Shown here: piece by piece, positions 44,818 to 55,104 of the stretch
Position numbering within the stretch: the stretch's first letter is position 1
How the letters are laid out: each line of letters starts with the position of its first letter
Origin: Methanomassiliicoccales archaeon
Lineage (GTDB): Archaea > Thermoplasmatota > Thermoplasmata > Methanomassiliicoccales > UBA472
DNA: 64,000 nt
Reading direction: 5' to 3'
Assembly: GCA_035506675.1 (NCBI GenBank)
Contig: DATJOX010000041.1
Coordinates: 36,475 to 100,474, forward strand
The notes under the pieces: generated by a model
Told to the model about the DNA's origin: nothing
Database searches by the model: none
Seen by the model: only the letters and a program-made list of their open reading frames with translations
Translations under genes and position numbers: made by a program

Positions 44818-46541
44818 ATCTCCTCCGGAGCAGCGATGCCGAGAGAATCGAGTACCGACCGGAGGGTCCACATGGTCGCCTCCACCAGGGACAGCCTCGC
44901 GTCTTGAAGCCCCCCGGAACGAAGCACCGGCACGTAGGCGTAGAATTGGTTGAACGCCGACGCCACCTCATGCCCGTAGGCTGGCATCACGTGGATCCGC
45001 CGCTTTTCCCCGCTCTCCCGGACTACCCCCGGGTATTGTGCGAGGACGCGGATAAGCTTTCTCTCGTACTCGTCCACCAAGAGCTCTGGGGCGGCGATTC
45101 TCTTGTACTCGCCTGCCTTCCTCAGGATCGAGCAGCAGCGCGCATGCGAATACTGGAGGAACGGCGCCGAGTTGCCTTCGAAGTTCAACGCCTCCTCCCA
45201 CTTGAAGACGAGCGCCTTCTCGGCCTGAACGCGCACGATGTTGAAGCGCAGCGCTCCCCGTCCAATGTCGTGCGCGATATGCTTCATGCGTTCTTCGCTC
45301 AGGTCGGTGCGGCGCTTCCTGACCTCATCTAGGGCCCTCTCCTCCGCCTCGTCGATGAGGTCGTCGAGGTAGACGACGCGCCCCTTGCGCGTCGACATGC
45401 GGCCTTCTGGGAGCGAAACGAAAGCGTAGAAGACGTTCTCCGGCGCCCGCTTCTCACCGAGCACCTTGAGCGCGGCCGCGAGATGCGCGAGACCGAGTTT
45501 CTGGTCCTCTCCCAGGACGTTGATCAGCTGGTCCGCGCGCCTGAACTTGTCGAGGTGATAGGCGATGTCCCGCGTGGTGTACAGTGTGGTACCGTCCGAG
45601 CGGGTGAAGAAGAACTTGGTGTCCCGGCCGTGGATCCCGAACTCCGAGAGGTCGAGATAGTAGGCGCCGTTCTCTTCGTGGCAGTAGGGCGTCTGCTTGA
45701 GGCGCTCGACTACTTGCCTGGCCTCTCCGTTCAGAATGAACTGGGATTCCCACGTGTACCCATCCAGAGTGATGCCTATCTCGCTCAGGGAGGACTTGAT
45801 ACCCGCAAGCATGCGCTCGGTCGTGCGGCGGACGAGCCTGATCACTTCCTCGTCCCCCGCTTCGAAGCGGCGCAGCATCTCCGCGATCTGCTTCTCGACC
45901 TCGGGGTCGGACTCGAGGAGCTCGTTGGCCCTTTGATAGTAACCGACCAGCAGATGGTCGTCCTTCTGGCGGTCCGAAGCGACATTGATCTCGCTCGGCG
46001 GCACGTTCTCCACCCCCCAAGAGAGGAGCACGACCTGCTTGCCGACATCGTTCACCAGGTACTCGGTCCTGACCTCGTACCCGCAACGTTTCAGGCAGCG
46101 GGCGAGCGTGTCACCGATGATCGGGTTCCTCGCCCTGCCGATGTGAATCGGACCTGTAGGGTTAACGGACGTATGTTCCAGAAGTACCCTCGTTCCCTTC
46201 TCATCCAGGGTGCCATAGCCATCCTTCTGGTCCAGGATCGCGTCGAGCGTCTCCTTCGCCAGGCGGACCTGGTCAATGCGGAAGTTGAGGTACCCCTTCT
46301 CGGCGAAGACCTTCTCGACCATCGGTGAGGGAGTGATCTTCGCTGCAAGCTCCTCCGCGATCGCCACCGGAGGCTTGCGCAACACCTTCGCGAGCGGGAA
46401 GCACGGAAAAGCGAAATCGGCGGCGATCTGGGAATCGGGGCGCTCGACATCCAGCACGACACTCACGCCCATGGCAGACAGAGTCTCGCTGACCAAGCGG
46501 CGGACCGCGCGTTCGTATGGCTCGTAGGGATCCAATCTCAC
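44814..46541 (-). CDS. argS: arginyl-tRNA synthetase
   Basis: Class I: SVNPTGPIHIGRARN (HIGH-like), with the DALR anticodon-binding C-terminus ending ...EEM. The GTG start overlaps the aRF1 stop (GTGA). Confidence 0.9.
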   Translation of the reverse strand: MRLDPYEPYERAVRRLVSETLSAMGVSVVLDVERPDSQIAADFAFPCFPLAKVLRKPPVAIAEELAAKITPSPMVEKVFAEKGYLNFRIDQVRLAKETLDAILDQKDGYGTLDEKGTRVLLEHTSVNPTGPIHIGRARNPIIGDTLARCLKRCGYEVRTEYLVNDVGKQVVLLSWGVENVPPSEINVASDRQKDDHLLVGYYQRANELLESDPEVEKQIAEMLRRFEAGDEEVIRLVRRTTERMLAGIKSSLSEIGITLDGYTWESQFILNGEARQVVERLKQTPYCHEENGAYYLDLSEFGIHGRDTKFFFTRSDGTTLYTTRDIAYHLDKFRRADQLINVLGEDQKLGLAHLAAALKVLGEKRAPENVFYAFVSLPEGRMSTRKGRVVYLDDLIDEAEERALDEVRKRRTDLSEERMKHIAHDIGRGALRFNIVRVQAEKALVFKWEEALNFEGNSAPFLQYSHARCCSILRKAGEYKRIAAPELLVDEYERKLIRVLAQYPGVVRESGEKRRIHVMPAYGHEVASAFNQFYAYVPVLRSGGLQDARLSLVEATMWTLRSVLDSLGIAAPEEM

Positions 46542-47779
46542 ACCCCCGTCCTGAATCTCAGTATGGCGGCGATGCCCCCGAACGCCTTCAGCAGCATCTC
46601 GCCTTCTTCAGAATCAGGCGAGATCAGCTCGACCTTCGTGCCCATCTTTTCCGCCTGGTCGTAGAAATCGTCGACGATGTCGACGCCCTCGCCGACCACG
46701 GTGGCGCCTCCGCATGCGGGGCATCTCACGGGTTCGGGAGGCTCGTCGCCTGTGACCATGTTCTTCCACCCACAGTTCTGGCACTCGATCGGATAGCGCT
46801 TCTTGCGCAACCCCTCGGAAAGCAGAACGGTATCGACGGCTCCGTGGCGGATCGCGTCTCTCACCTGCTCCTCCCCATAGGTCGCGAGGCCGCCGTCGGG
46901 CTTGCGGATCTCTTCGAGCAGGCGAGTGATCAGCTTCTTCTCACGCATGAGGTCGAGGTCGACGAGCTTGTCCTTCGCGCGCTCCACCAGCTCCTTCAGC
47001 CCGTATTCGTCTGTGTAACCAGTATCGAAGGTATCTATGACCTTCTTCTGCAGCTCGTGATGCAGGTAGCCTTGGTCAACGAAGAAGTTCTTGGTTGCGC
47101 CCGGGCCTCCGACCAGAATGCCCACGAGCTCCGTCTTGTTGAGGAATGCGTCGGTGGCAGTGTCTGCGATCTTCTTGTAGAACTCGTTCGCGGCGATCTC
47201 GATCAGGCGTTCGAAACGCTGCGCCGATTGACCGCCCATGCGGTGCTTGCTCGGTACGAGGGATTGGATGTTGCGGATGACCGTGACCCTCTTGCCACTC
47301 AGCATGCCCAGCGTCGCCTCGCTCCGGTCTATTACTATCAGACCGAACGCCTTCTTCTCGAGGAGCATGCCCTCGAGAGGCTCGAGGTAGAACAGCGAAT
47401 CGCAGCGGTAGAGGAACGAGGAGATCGGCTCCGGAGGCTCGAGCACGTGCTGCACCATGCGCGTCTGGTCTCCGCCCGCGGCCACTTCACCGACGAAGAA
47501 GACGACGCCGTTCAGAGGAGGCGACTTGAAGTACTTCAGGCGGGCGAGTATCGACTGGATCGCGCCCTGCACCGCCTTCCTGGTGCTCTGGGACTTGATG
47601 TTCGACGACTGCGAGTATTCGCCGCGGAGGTACCCGGCGACGTCGGATATCTGCTTCTCTGGAGGCACATAGACTGAGATTAGTTCGGTCCCGCGTCCCT
47701 TCAGGTTCCTGACCTCCTCTAGCGCTCGCTTGAAATCGTATTTCTGTCTGTCGGTTAGAGTCTCTCCGGCCTTTGCCAT
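46538..47779 (-). CDS. prf1: peptide chain release factor aRF1
   Basis: NIKS (SNIKSQSTRK) and GGQ (HRMGGQSAQRFERL) motifs, with a C-terminal Zn-ribbon insert CQNCG...CPACG. Confidence 0.92.
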   Translation of the reverse strand: MAKAGETLTDRQKYDFKRALEEVRNLKGRGTELISVYVPPEKQISDVAGYLRGEYSQSSNIKSQSTRKAVQGAIQSILARLKYFKSPPLNGVVFFVGEVAAGGDQTRMVQHVLEPPEPISSFLYRCDSLFYLEPLEGMLLEKKAFGLIVIDRSEATLGMLSGKRVTVIRNIQSLVPSKHRMGGQSAQRFERLIEIAANEFYKKIADTATDAFLNKTELVGILVGGPGATKNFFVDQGYLHHELQKKVIDTFDTGYTDEYGLKELVERAKDKLVDLDLMREKKLITRLLEEIRKPDGGLATYGEEQVRDAIRHGAVDTVLLSEGLRKKRYPIECQNCGWKNMVTGDEPPEPVRCPACGGATVVGEGVDIVDDFYDQAEKMGTKVELISPDSEEGEMLLKAFGGIAAILRFRTGV

Positions 47780-47841
47780 TTGCCAGTCAACCTATGGTTT
47801 TTTATCAACCCAAAAGGATTGGCGTTATAAATCTGTTGGTG

Positions 47842-48531
47842 ATGAGAACGGACCGAATTGTTGTTTCCCTTGGCGGATCGATCCTGATCCCCGATGAGGG
47901 CGATCTGGCCTATCTCAAGAAGCTCTCGGCCCTGATGCGCACCCTCGCCAACCGCTATGAATTGATCCTGGTCTGCGGGGGCGGCAGGGTGGCGAGATAC
48001 TACATCAGCACTGGACGGGAGCTCGGGGCTTCCAGGGACCAGCTCGACGATCTGGGGATCGCGGTCACGAGGCTGAACGCCAACCTTCTGCGTCTGGCGC
48101 TCGGGGACGTGGCGATGCCCGAAGTCCCGAAGAGCATTCAGGAGGCGACGCTCGGAGCCACCGAAGGCAAGGTGCTGGTAATGGGCGGGACCGTTCCTGG
48201 ACACACCACCGATGCCGTCGCGGCGATGGTCGCGGAAGCGGTCGGGGCGGTGAGGATCGTGAATGGCACTTCAGTAGATGCCGCGTACACCGCCGACCCG
48301 AAGAAGCACAAGGACGCGACCAGGCTCTCGGAGATCACGCACCAGCAACTCTACGATCTGGTGAACAAGGGTCTGCATTCCGCCGGCCCCTCGGACGTCT
48401 TCGACCGCCTTGGCGCGGAGATCGCGATGCGCGCTCGCATCCCCGTGTACATCGTGGACGGGCGTGACCTGGTGGATCTCGAAGCCGCCATCAAGGGCGA
48501 AAAGGTCAAGGGCACGGTCGTGCGTAACTGA
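47842..48531 (+). CDS. pyrH: UMP kinase (archaeal type)
   Basis: RIVVSLGGSIL ... LVCGGGRVARYY ... GGTVPGHTTDAVAA. Start at MRTDRIV. Confidence 0.85.
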   Translation: MRTDRIVVSLGGSILIPDEGDLAYLKKLSALMRTLANRYELILVCGGGRVARYYISTGRELGASRDQLDDLGIAVTRLNANLLRLALGDVAMPEVPKSIQEATLGATEGKVLVMGGTVPGHTTDAVAAMVAEAVGAVRIVNGTSVDAAYTADPKKHKDATRLSEITHQQLYDLVNKGLHSAGPSDVFDRLGAEIAMRARIPVYIVDGRDLVDLEAAIKGEKVKGTVVRN

Positions 48532-48546
48532 TTCTGCCCTATCGGG

Positions 48547-49371
48547 ATGCACGGGGCAGGAGTGTCGCACTTGGCACGCGATGAGCGCAAGCGAATGAGG
48601 TCGGAGTCGGATTGGGAGACGAGGATAAGACCGAAGACCCAGACCGGCGTGCAAATCGGAATCCTGTTCTGCGTCATCGGAGGGGCGATGCTCGCGTCCT
48701 CGTTCGTGCTTCCTTGGGCGACGCACATCGATCCCGCAACGCACGCGGTCGTGCGCACGTTCTACATCAACGATCTCTACACCCTCGCGACTGGCCCGAA
48801 CACCGCTCCCAACTACAAGTACCTCCTCGCCTACGTCGTCGTCCTCGTGGGATTCGCCTGCGCGGTGCTTTCCGCGCTCGAGCTGGCGGGCGAGAGGGGG
48901 ATCGAGCGACTGAGAAGGATCTCACCGCCAGCGGCCCTGGCAGCGGGGGTCATCGGAGCGATCTCGACGATAGCGTTGGTCTATTTCCTTAGCAGCGATG
49001 TCTTCGGCGATGCCTCGGTCCAATCCTCGTACGGCTCGGCGGTCTTCGTGTCCGTGTTCGGCTCTGTCCTGACCGTCTCTGGAGGGCTCACGATGGTCCT
49101 CGACTACCGTCATCGCATTCGCACCGGCGCAGGCTTCCGCGCGATGCCTGGCAATCACGAGCTGAGGGCGGCCCTGCGGCCGACCGGCCGGACCAGGCAT
49201 CAGTGGACCGAGCCCGCGGAGGATGAGGAGATCAAGGAAGAGGTGCTATCGAGACGGGAGCGACGGCATTCTGCGGCGGAGTCGGTCCAGAGCGGCGAGG
49301 TCTGCCCGACCTGCAACTCCGCGGTGATGGCGAACTGGAAGCTCTGCCCGATCTGCGGCACCGAGCTGTGA
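48547..49371 (+). CDS. hypothetical membrane protein with C-terminal zinc ribbon
   Basis: About 4 TM helices, then CPTCNS...CPICG. Start uncertain. Confidence 0.5.
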   Translation: MHGAGVSHLARDERKRMRSESDWETRIRPKTQTGVQIGILFCVIGGAMLASSFVLPWATHIDPATHAVVRTFYINDLYTLATGPNTAPNYKYLLAYVVVLVGFACAVLSALELAGERGIERLRRISPPAALAAGVIGAISTIALVYFLSSDVFGDASVQSSYGSAVFVSVFGSVLTVSGGLTMVLDYRHRIRTGAGFRAMPGNHELRAALRPTGRTRHQWTEPAEDEEIKEEVLSRRERRHSAAESVQSGEVCPTCNSAVMANWKLCPICGTEL

Positions 49372-50205
49372 TCAGCGGTCCTCGAGATCCTCGCTCTCGA
49401 TAGCCTCGGCGTTCAGCGAGTGCACCAGCTCCCTGATATGGGTGACGCGGGAGCGGCTCATCGACTTCTTGTGGATGTAGACGAACCTAGCGTCCTCGGT
49501 GTTGTGGAGGGCCTTCTGCATGGCGTCCAGGAGCTCCTCGTCGCTCGCCTTGTCGGAGAAGTAATATGGCATCATGTGGCCGAAGGAGACCCTCTTCGTG
49601 TCGATCACCTCGGTGAAACGAGGGGCGTAGTGCCCGCCGCCTATCCCAATTGCTTTCGGCGACCGGTCCACGGTCGTCTCCGTCAGCGCTCTGGCGATTG
49701 CCTTCGCCGCCTCCACGTTGCCCCAGTTGTCCTCGCCGCTGCCTATTTCGATGAACATCGTGGGCGTGCTCAACGTCGGACCGTGATGCGTCACTTCGAA
49801 CCCCACTTGGAAGGGCAGGCCGGTCGCCAGCTTCTTCAGCCTCAGCAGCGTGCAGGTCATCAGGTCCGGAGCCGAGGGGACTAGGGCCCCCGGTTTGCCA
49901 CCGAACTCCGCCTTGCCGAAGTTGCCTATCGGATGGACAGTGAGCGTGGGGATGCCTGACGCAGCACGGTGCCTTGACAAGAAGACGATCTGCTCAGGGG
50001 CGATGGCAATCTTCTGTCTCACCTCTTCGTCGACATCGTCGGTGAACAAATGGATCGGCTCGATGGTGACGAGCGCGTCATTCCCCTTGGCGTACCAGGG
50101 CGAGGAGCGGAATGTGCCCTTCTCATCCCACCCTCCGATCTCGAGCAGTCGGTCGCGGATGTTGACGCTCGCGAGATCCTCGAGACTGCAAACCAGTAGC
50201 CTCAC
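49372..50205 (-). CDS. dtdA: D-aminoacyl-tRNA deacylase, archaeal DtdA type
   Basis: (M)RLLVCSLEDLASVNIRDRLLE N-terminus, then TVHPIGNFG and IGIGGGHYAPRFTEV motifs. GTG 50205 is preferred over the long extension to 50376. Confidence 0.8.
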   Translation of the reverse strand: MRLLVCSLEDLASVNIRDRLLEIGGWDEKGTFRSSPWYAKGNDALVTIEPIHLFTDDVDEEVRQKIAIAPEQIVFLSRHRAASGIPTLTVHPIGNFGKAEFGGKPGALVPSAPDLMTCTLLRLKKLATGLPFQVGFEVTHHGPTLSTPTMFIEIGSGEDNWGNVEAAKAIARALTETTVDRSPKAIGIGGGHYAPRFTEVIDTKRVSFGHMMPYYFSDKASDEELLDAMQKALHNTEDARFVYIHKKSMSRSRVTHIRELVHSLNAEAIESEDLEDR

Positions 50206-50332
50206 GCGAATCCGAACGCAATACCATCGATTAATCCTTTCCGAAGCGAGCCAGCAGTCCTCCAGGCAGCCTCCGGTTATGCTACATGTGATAGCCACCG
50301 ACTTGACTCTAAATACCCCGTTTGTAGGTCCG

Positions 50333-51607
50333 ATGACGATGTCCAACAGTCTGACCGTAGGCGAGCGGATAATCATATACCTGGGAAGGTACCAACGGTT
50401 GAAGGACAGCTTCGATGTACCCTTCGATGTCAGTCAAGACGGGATCGCTGGAAGCCTCGGGATCTCGCGGGCGCACGCCGCTATCGAGCTCAAGAAACTG
50501 AAGGAAACCGGCGAGGTCGAGGAGCGCCTGGCGCACATCAAGCGCGGGAGGAACAAGCGCAAGGTATACTTCCTCACCGAGAGCGGGGAAAGAAGGGCGA
50601 CGGACGTGGCGGAGTACGCTCAGCGCGAGGGCATCGAGCTCGCACCGCTGCTGGACATCCGCCGTAGCAAGGGCACGGATTTCTATTGTTCACTGGCACC
50701 GGAGCTCAAACCGCTGGTGGCAGGGGCGTGCGTTTTCCGAAGGCCGTTCAGGCGCGAGGCGCTGCCCGAGAGCTCGGCGATGGTGTTGCCTGTCGACCGC
50801 CGGGGAATGGTGGACCTTCCGCAGGATCTCGCGAGGGAGATCGAGACCCTGCTCACGAGGGAGGAGAGCAAGGCGCATCACTCCCGAGCCGCGGACTACT
50901 GGTTGTCGGAAGGGGACCCGCGGGAGCGCCTGTATCACCTGATCAAGGCCGGGAGGAAGAAGGAGGCGGAGATGCTGGTGGCGATGCGCCCCAGCGCCTT
51001 CATCGACAAGGGCGACGAACCGCTCCTCGAGATCATCGCCGGGATCGAGTCGCCCTCCGAGAGGTATGCGTCCAGGGTGAGGACCGTGCAAGGCGAGCTG
51101 GCCCGCTCCCTCAAGGACTACAACTACTGCGCCGAGGTCTGCGGCGAGATGCAGGCTTCCTCGAACCCCGAGGAAATAGCGATGGGGCTCCTTATCGAAG
51201 GCAAGATGATGCGCGACACGGGGAAGGCCGAGGATGGGTTGGCGAAGCTCAGGGACGCGCAGAGAGTCTTCGACGTCGGTCCCCAGCTCAATCTCGAGAT
51301 CGCGGAGACTCTCATCCAGATCGGCAAGAGCAAGGATGCGCTGAGCGTCCTCGACTGGAGCCTGCAGCAGCAGCCGGACCCCGAGATCATCGAGCGCGGA
51401 CAGCTCCTCGCCGGCATCGCGCACCTCCGCGCGCACAACCCCAACGAGGCGCTGCGCTATCTCAGCAAGAGCATCGCGATGACGAAGAAGAAGGACAAGA
51501 AGGAATGGTACTCGGCGCTCGCTGAAGCCTATCAAATGGCGCAGATGCCGGAGCGGGCGCGCGAGTTCGAGGCGAAGGCCAATCCCCCGAAGAAGTGGGG
51601 CGAGTGA
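50333..51607 (+). CDS. winged-helix regulator-like protein with TPR-like C-terminal repeats
   Basis: N-terminal wHTH-like region (VSQDGIAGSLGISRAHAAIELKKLKETGEVEERL...KRKVYFLTESG), followed by helical repeat-rich sequence. The 5' part of the listed ORF 49850..51607 is antisense to dtdA and was rejected. Confidence 0.45.
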   Translation: MTMSNSLTVGERIIIYLGRYQRLKDSFDVPFDVSQDGIAGSLGISRAHAAIELKKLKETGEVEERLAHIKRGRNKRKVYFLTESGERRATDVAEYAQREGIELAPLLDIRRSKGTDFYCSLAPELKPLVAGACVFRRPFRREALPESSAMVLPVDRRGMVDLPQDLAREIETLLTREESKAHHSRAADYWLSEGDPRERLYHLIKAGRKKEAEMLVAMRPSAFIDKGDEPLLEIIAGIESPSERYASRVRTVQGELARSLKDYNYCAEVCGEMQASSNPEEIAMGLLIEGKMMRDTGKAEDGLAKLRDAQRVFDVGPQLNLEIAETLIQIGKSKDALSVLDWSLQQQPDPEIIERGQLLAGIAHLRAHNPNEALRYLSKSIAMTKKKDKKEWYSALAEAYQMAQMPERAREFEAKANPPKKWGE

Positions 51608-51611
51608 GCGG

Positions 51612-53150
51612 TCAGAAGATCCTACTCTGTCTCAGGATGTCCATGTCAGTGGCGTAGAGCTCTCGTATGTCCTTCAGGCCCCAACGCAGCATCGCCAGGC
51701 GTTCGAAGCCCTGCCCCCAGGCGAGCACCGGGTACTTGATGCCGTAGGGAGCGGTGACCTCGGGACGGAATATGCCCGCGCCCCCGAGCTCCATCCACTT
51801 GCCATTGTAAAAGACCTCGACCTCGAGGGAAGGCTCCGTGTAGGGGAAGTAGCCGGGACGCACGCGTATCTCGTCGAAGCCCATCTTCGAGTAGAACTCC
51901 TTGAGCACACCGACCAGCATGTCGAACGAAGCATCCTTCTCCATCAGGATGCCCTCGATCTGCGCGAACTCCGGGAGGTGCGTGGCGTCGATGGCCTCGT
52001 TGCGGAAGACGCGTGAAAGCGAGAAAACCTTGACCGGCGGCTCGGTGTGCTGCGAGAGATAGCGTATGGTGCTTACGGTGGTGTGCGTGCGCAATAATGC
52101 CTTCTCCGCCTCTTCCCGCGACCAAGCGTACCTCCAGCCGAGCGAGCCGGAGCTGCCCCCGTTCTCGTGGATCGACTTGATCATCTGCACGAGCTCCTCG
52201 TTCTCCAGCACGATCTTTGCAGGGTTCTTGAGGTAGAACGTGTCCTGCTGATCTCTTGCTGGGTGGTCCTGAGGCGTGAAGAGCGCGTCCATGTTCCAGA
52301 ACGCCGACTGCACGTATTCGTCGTCGATCTCCGTGAACCCCATCTGCAGGAAGATGCGCCGGACCTCGTCCGCGATCCTCGTGAGCGGATGCTTCTTGAC
52401 GGAATACTCGGCGGGAGCGAACGTGCGCACGTCGTACTTGCGGAACGTGACGTCCTTCCACTTGCCGGTCTGAAGCATCTCGGAGGTGAGCTGCGCAGCT
52501 TCCTCCTTCAATTCGATGCCGAGCGCGAGAACCTCGTTGCCAAGCGGGGCGAGCTCGAGCGAACGTGAAACGATCTGCTTCTCGGCGATAAGGTCCTGGC
52601 GGCCCTTCAGCTGCGCGATGATCTCTGGCCTTACATCCGCCTCGCCCAGGTCCTTGTCCATCAGCTGCTTGAGGACCTTCTCGTCATCGGTCTCGGCCGC
52701 CAGCGCGGCCTTCCCGATTTCGGTTAGAGTGATGAGCGTTCCCTCTGGCCCCTTCTCCATGCGGACCAGGTTCTTGCGGCGCAGCCAGCCGATCGCGACC
52801 GGCGTGTCCCCCTTGCCCAGGGAGGCCTCCAGATCGGGCATCTTTATGATCCCGTTCGATGCGCCGATCATGACTAGGGCTCGTCGCTCTGGAAGGCCCT
52901 TCGCGACGATCTCCTTGTTCTTCAGCGAGTAGACTTTCTGCGCCTTCTCGGAGATCTTGACCAGTTCCTTCGATTGCAGCCAAGATGCCCCGTTCATGAC
53001 CTCGACCTGCGAACCGAAACCGCCCGCCTCGAGGATCTGCTCTGGCGTCGCTGCGCCACCTAGCTTTCGCAGGGTCAGGAGCACCTTTCGCTCCTGATAG
53101 CTCAGCCCCTCCCTGACCTCCGAGGCGTTCATGCTGACAGAGAAAAGCAC
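51612..53150 (-). CDS. pheS: phenylalanyl-tRNA synthetase alpha subunit (archaeal type)
   Basis: N-terminal wHTH repeats plus a class II core: HPARDQQDTFY (motif 1/2 region), FRNEAIDATHLPEFAQIEG, GAGIFRPEV. Confidence 0.9.
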   Translation of the reverse strand: MLFSVSMNASEVREGLSYQERKVLLTLRKLGGAATPEQILEAGGFGSQVEVMNGASWLQSKELVKISEKAQKVYSLKNKEIVAKGLPERRALVMIGASNGIIKMPDLEASLGKGDTPVAIGWLRRKNLVRMEKGPEGTLITLTEIGKAALAAETDDEKVLKQLMDKDLGEADVRPEIIAQLKGRQDLIAEKQIVSRSLELAPLGNEVLALGIELKEEAAQLTSEMLQTGKWKDVTFRKYDVRTFAPAEYSVKKHPLTRIADEVRRIFLQMGFTEIDDEYVQSAFWNMDALFTPQDHPARDQQDTFYLKNPAKIVLENEELVQMIKSIHENGGSSGSLGWRYAWSREEAEKALLRTHTTVSTIRYLSQHTEPPVKVFSLSRVFRNEAIDATHLPEFAQIEGILMEKDASFDMLVGVLKEFYSKMGFDEIRVRPGYFPYTEPSLEVEVFYNGKWMELGGAGIFRPEVTAPYGIKYPVLAWGQGFERLAMLRWGLKDIRELYATDMDILRQSRIF

Positions 53151-53223
53151 CAGGCTATTTGCATTTTATGCACAATCAGGGCTGGACCTGCTGGCGGAGA
53201 TCGACCTCGCCGCGGGCACTCGT

Positions 53224-53808
53224 TCATGTGACGCTCTTGGGCCGATAACGAACCAGCACGTTCCCGGAGGCGAACTTGCGCGTCTCCAGGAGTTCGAGTT
53301 CGTGCTTGTCATCGAACCCCGAGAACACGGTCGTCCCCTCGCCCACGACGACGGGGATGATCATGAAGCGGAGCTCGTCGATGAGGCCGGCCTTCAGGAG
53401 GGTGACCGCGAGGTTGGAACCGCCGACCCCGATGTCCTTCCCGGGGAGATCCTTCAGTCTCTTGATCTCCCCCACATCTACGTCTCGGGCAAGAACAACG
53501 TTCCTCCATTTCCCGCTCTCCTGCGCGCTCGCGAGCGTCCTAGAGTACACAATCTTCTTCGTGGTGTTGAGAAGATGGGCGATCTCGCGATCGTCCACCG
53601 ATGTCGAAGGGTTCTCCTCGGCCATCGGCCAGTAGCCCTCCATCAGCTGATAGACTCGCCTCCCCCAGAGGTAGAGGTCGGTCTGCCTCAGCTGTTCCAG
53701 AGCGAACTTGTTGGTCTCGTCGTCGATATGGTGCCAGGAAATGTCGTGGTTCGCACCTTCGAACCGCCCGTCGATGCTCAGCGACAGAAAGAGGTAGAGC
53801 TTCCTCAT
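53224..53808 (-). CDS. RibD C-terminal / dihydrofolate-reductase-like family protein
   Basis: MRKLYLFLSLSIDGRFEG ... LWGRRVYQLM ... IGVGGSNLAVTLLKAGLIDELRFMIIPVVVGEG. Confidence 0.7.
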   Translation of the reverse strand: MRKLYLFLSLSIDGRFEGANHDISWHHIDDETNKFALEQLRQTDLYLWGRRVYQLMEGYWPMAEENPSTSVDDREIAHLLNTTKKIVYSRTLASAQESGKWRNVVLARDVDVGEIKRLKDLPGKDIGVGGSNLAVTLLKAGLIDELRFMIIPVVVGEGTTVFSGFDDKHELELLETRKFASGNVLVRYRPKSVT

Positions 53809-53869
53809 AGCAGGAGCTTGGTCGGTCCGGGTATTTGACGGTCGCCACCGCGAACGGTCGTCTCGCCGC

Positions 53870-54985
53870 TCAGGACTTCATCAGGAACTCGCCCAGCTTC
53901 CCCCTCGCTTCCTCGCGCTTCTTCTGGTGCTCCTCGAGGAACTTGACGAGCCTTTCTGACAAGTACTTCTTGCACTCACCGCAGAGGATCTCGCCCTTGC
54001 GGCACTTCGCCGCCAGCGCGTCCATCTGCGCGTCGTCTGGTTCGAACAGGTAGTATTGATACTTGTAGACCGCGCAGATCTCTGGTTTTCCGCCGGTCTT
54101 GCGTTGCTCCTCGGCGGAGACTGCCCCGCCCGTGAACGCGTTCGCGATCTTCTTCTTGACGACTTTCGGAGGATCGGTGGTGAATATCGTGGACTCCGGC
54201 ACCGAGGAAGACATCTTGTCGCTGCCGGTGAGTCCTGGGAACATCTTGCTGTGGATGAGCGCCGGTTTGTAGTAGCCGAGGCCCTCCGCCACGTCCCTCG
54301 TTACGCGGAAGTGCGGGTCCTGATCGATGCCACACGGGATGAGAATGGGCACGTTCTTCCCTTTCAGCTCCGAAGGGAGGAAGGCAGGCGCGGACTGCAT
54401 GCTGGTGTAGAATATCGAGCCGATGTTCGTGGAGTTGTCGAACCCGAACACCGCCTTCGCGGTCGAGAAGGTCACCTTCTTCGCGACCTTGAGCGCGAGC
54501 GGGTACAGCACGTCGATGTTCTTCGTGTCCACGATGATCTTCGTCTTGCTGACGTCGAAGCCGAGCGCGATCACGTCCAGCGCGTTCTCGTACGCCATGT
54601 TGAGCGTCTGCGCCTGCGTCGACTCCTCGTTGAACAGGAACTTCTCGTCATCGGTCATCTGGAAATAGAGCTCCGCTCCGAAGACATCCTGCAGCCACTT
54701 CGTGAAGATCCAGGGCATCAGGTGACCGAGATGCGTGTGCCCCGAAGGCCCCCGCCCGGTGTAGAGCACGAACTTCTCGCCCCTGTCGTACTTGTCCAGG
54801 AGCCACTCCAAGTCGCGCTGCGAGTACATGATGCCACGGCGCAGCATCGGATGCAACGGCGCATACTTCTCCAGCCTGGAGAGCATGTCCTCGTCGATCT
54901 TCTTGGTCCCGAATTTCTGGATCAGGAGGTCGTAGTCGATCTCTCCGGAGACCTCCCAAGGGGTGACGACGAAATCGCCCTGCAT
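53870..54985 (-). CDS. trpS: tryptophanyl-tRNA synthetase
   Basis: VVTPWEVSGEIDYDLLIQKFG, GRGPSGHTHLGH (HIGH), KMSSS. The archaeal/eukaryotic TrpRS pattern. Confidence 0.88.
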   Translation of the reverse strand: MQGDFVVTPWEVSGEIDYDLLIQKFGTKKIDEDMLSRLEKYAPLHPMLRRGIMYSQRDLEWLLDKYDRGEKFVLYTGRGPSGHTHLGHLMPWIFTKWLQDVFGAELYFQMTDDEKFLFNEESTQAQTLNMAYENALDVIALGFDVSKTKIIVDTKNIDVLYPLALKVAKKVTFSTAKAVFGFDNSTNIGSIFYTSMQSAPAFLPSELKGKNVPILIPCGIDQDPHFRVTRDVAEGLGYYKPALIHSKMFPGLTGSDKMSSSVPESTIFTTDPPKVVKKKIANAFTGGAVSAEEQRKTGGKPEICAVYKYQYYLFEPDDAQMDALAAKCRKGEILCGECKKYLSERLVKFLEEHQKKREEARGKLGEFLMKS

Positions 54986-55104
54986 GCTCTACCTGAGTGC
55001 GCGCTATCGCGTCGTGGCTAATCAAGCTTTTCGAACTCGCGTTCCTGTTGTGGCAGTCTGGACAAGAGAAAACCTCTGGTGAAACTTTTTTATCCGACCA
55101 GACC

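Noticed and set aside
49850-50332. 5' part of the 585-aa ORF 49850..51607
   Set aside because: This part is antisense to dtdA and Ser-rich. The wHTH-like protein most plausibly starts at ATG 50333 (or 50279).
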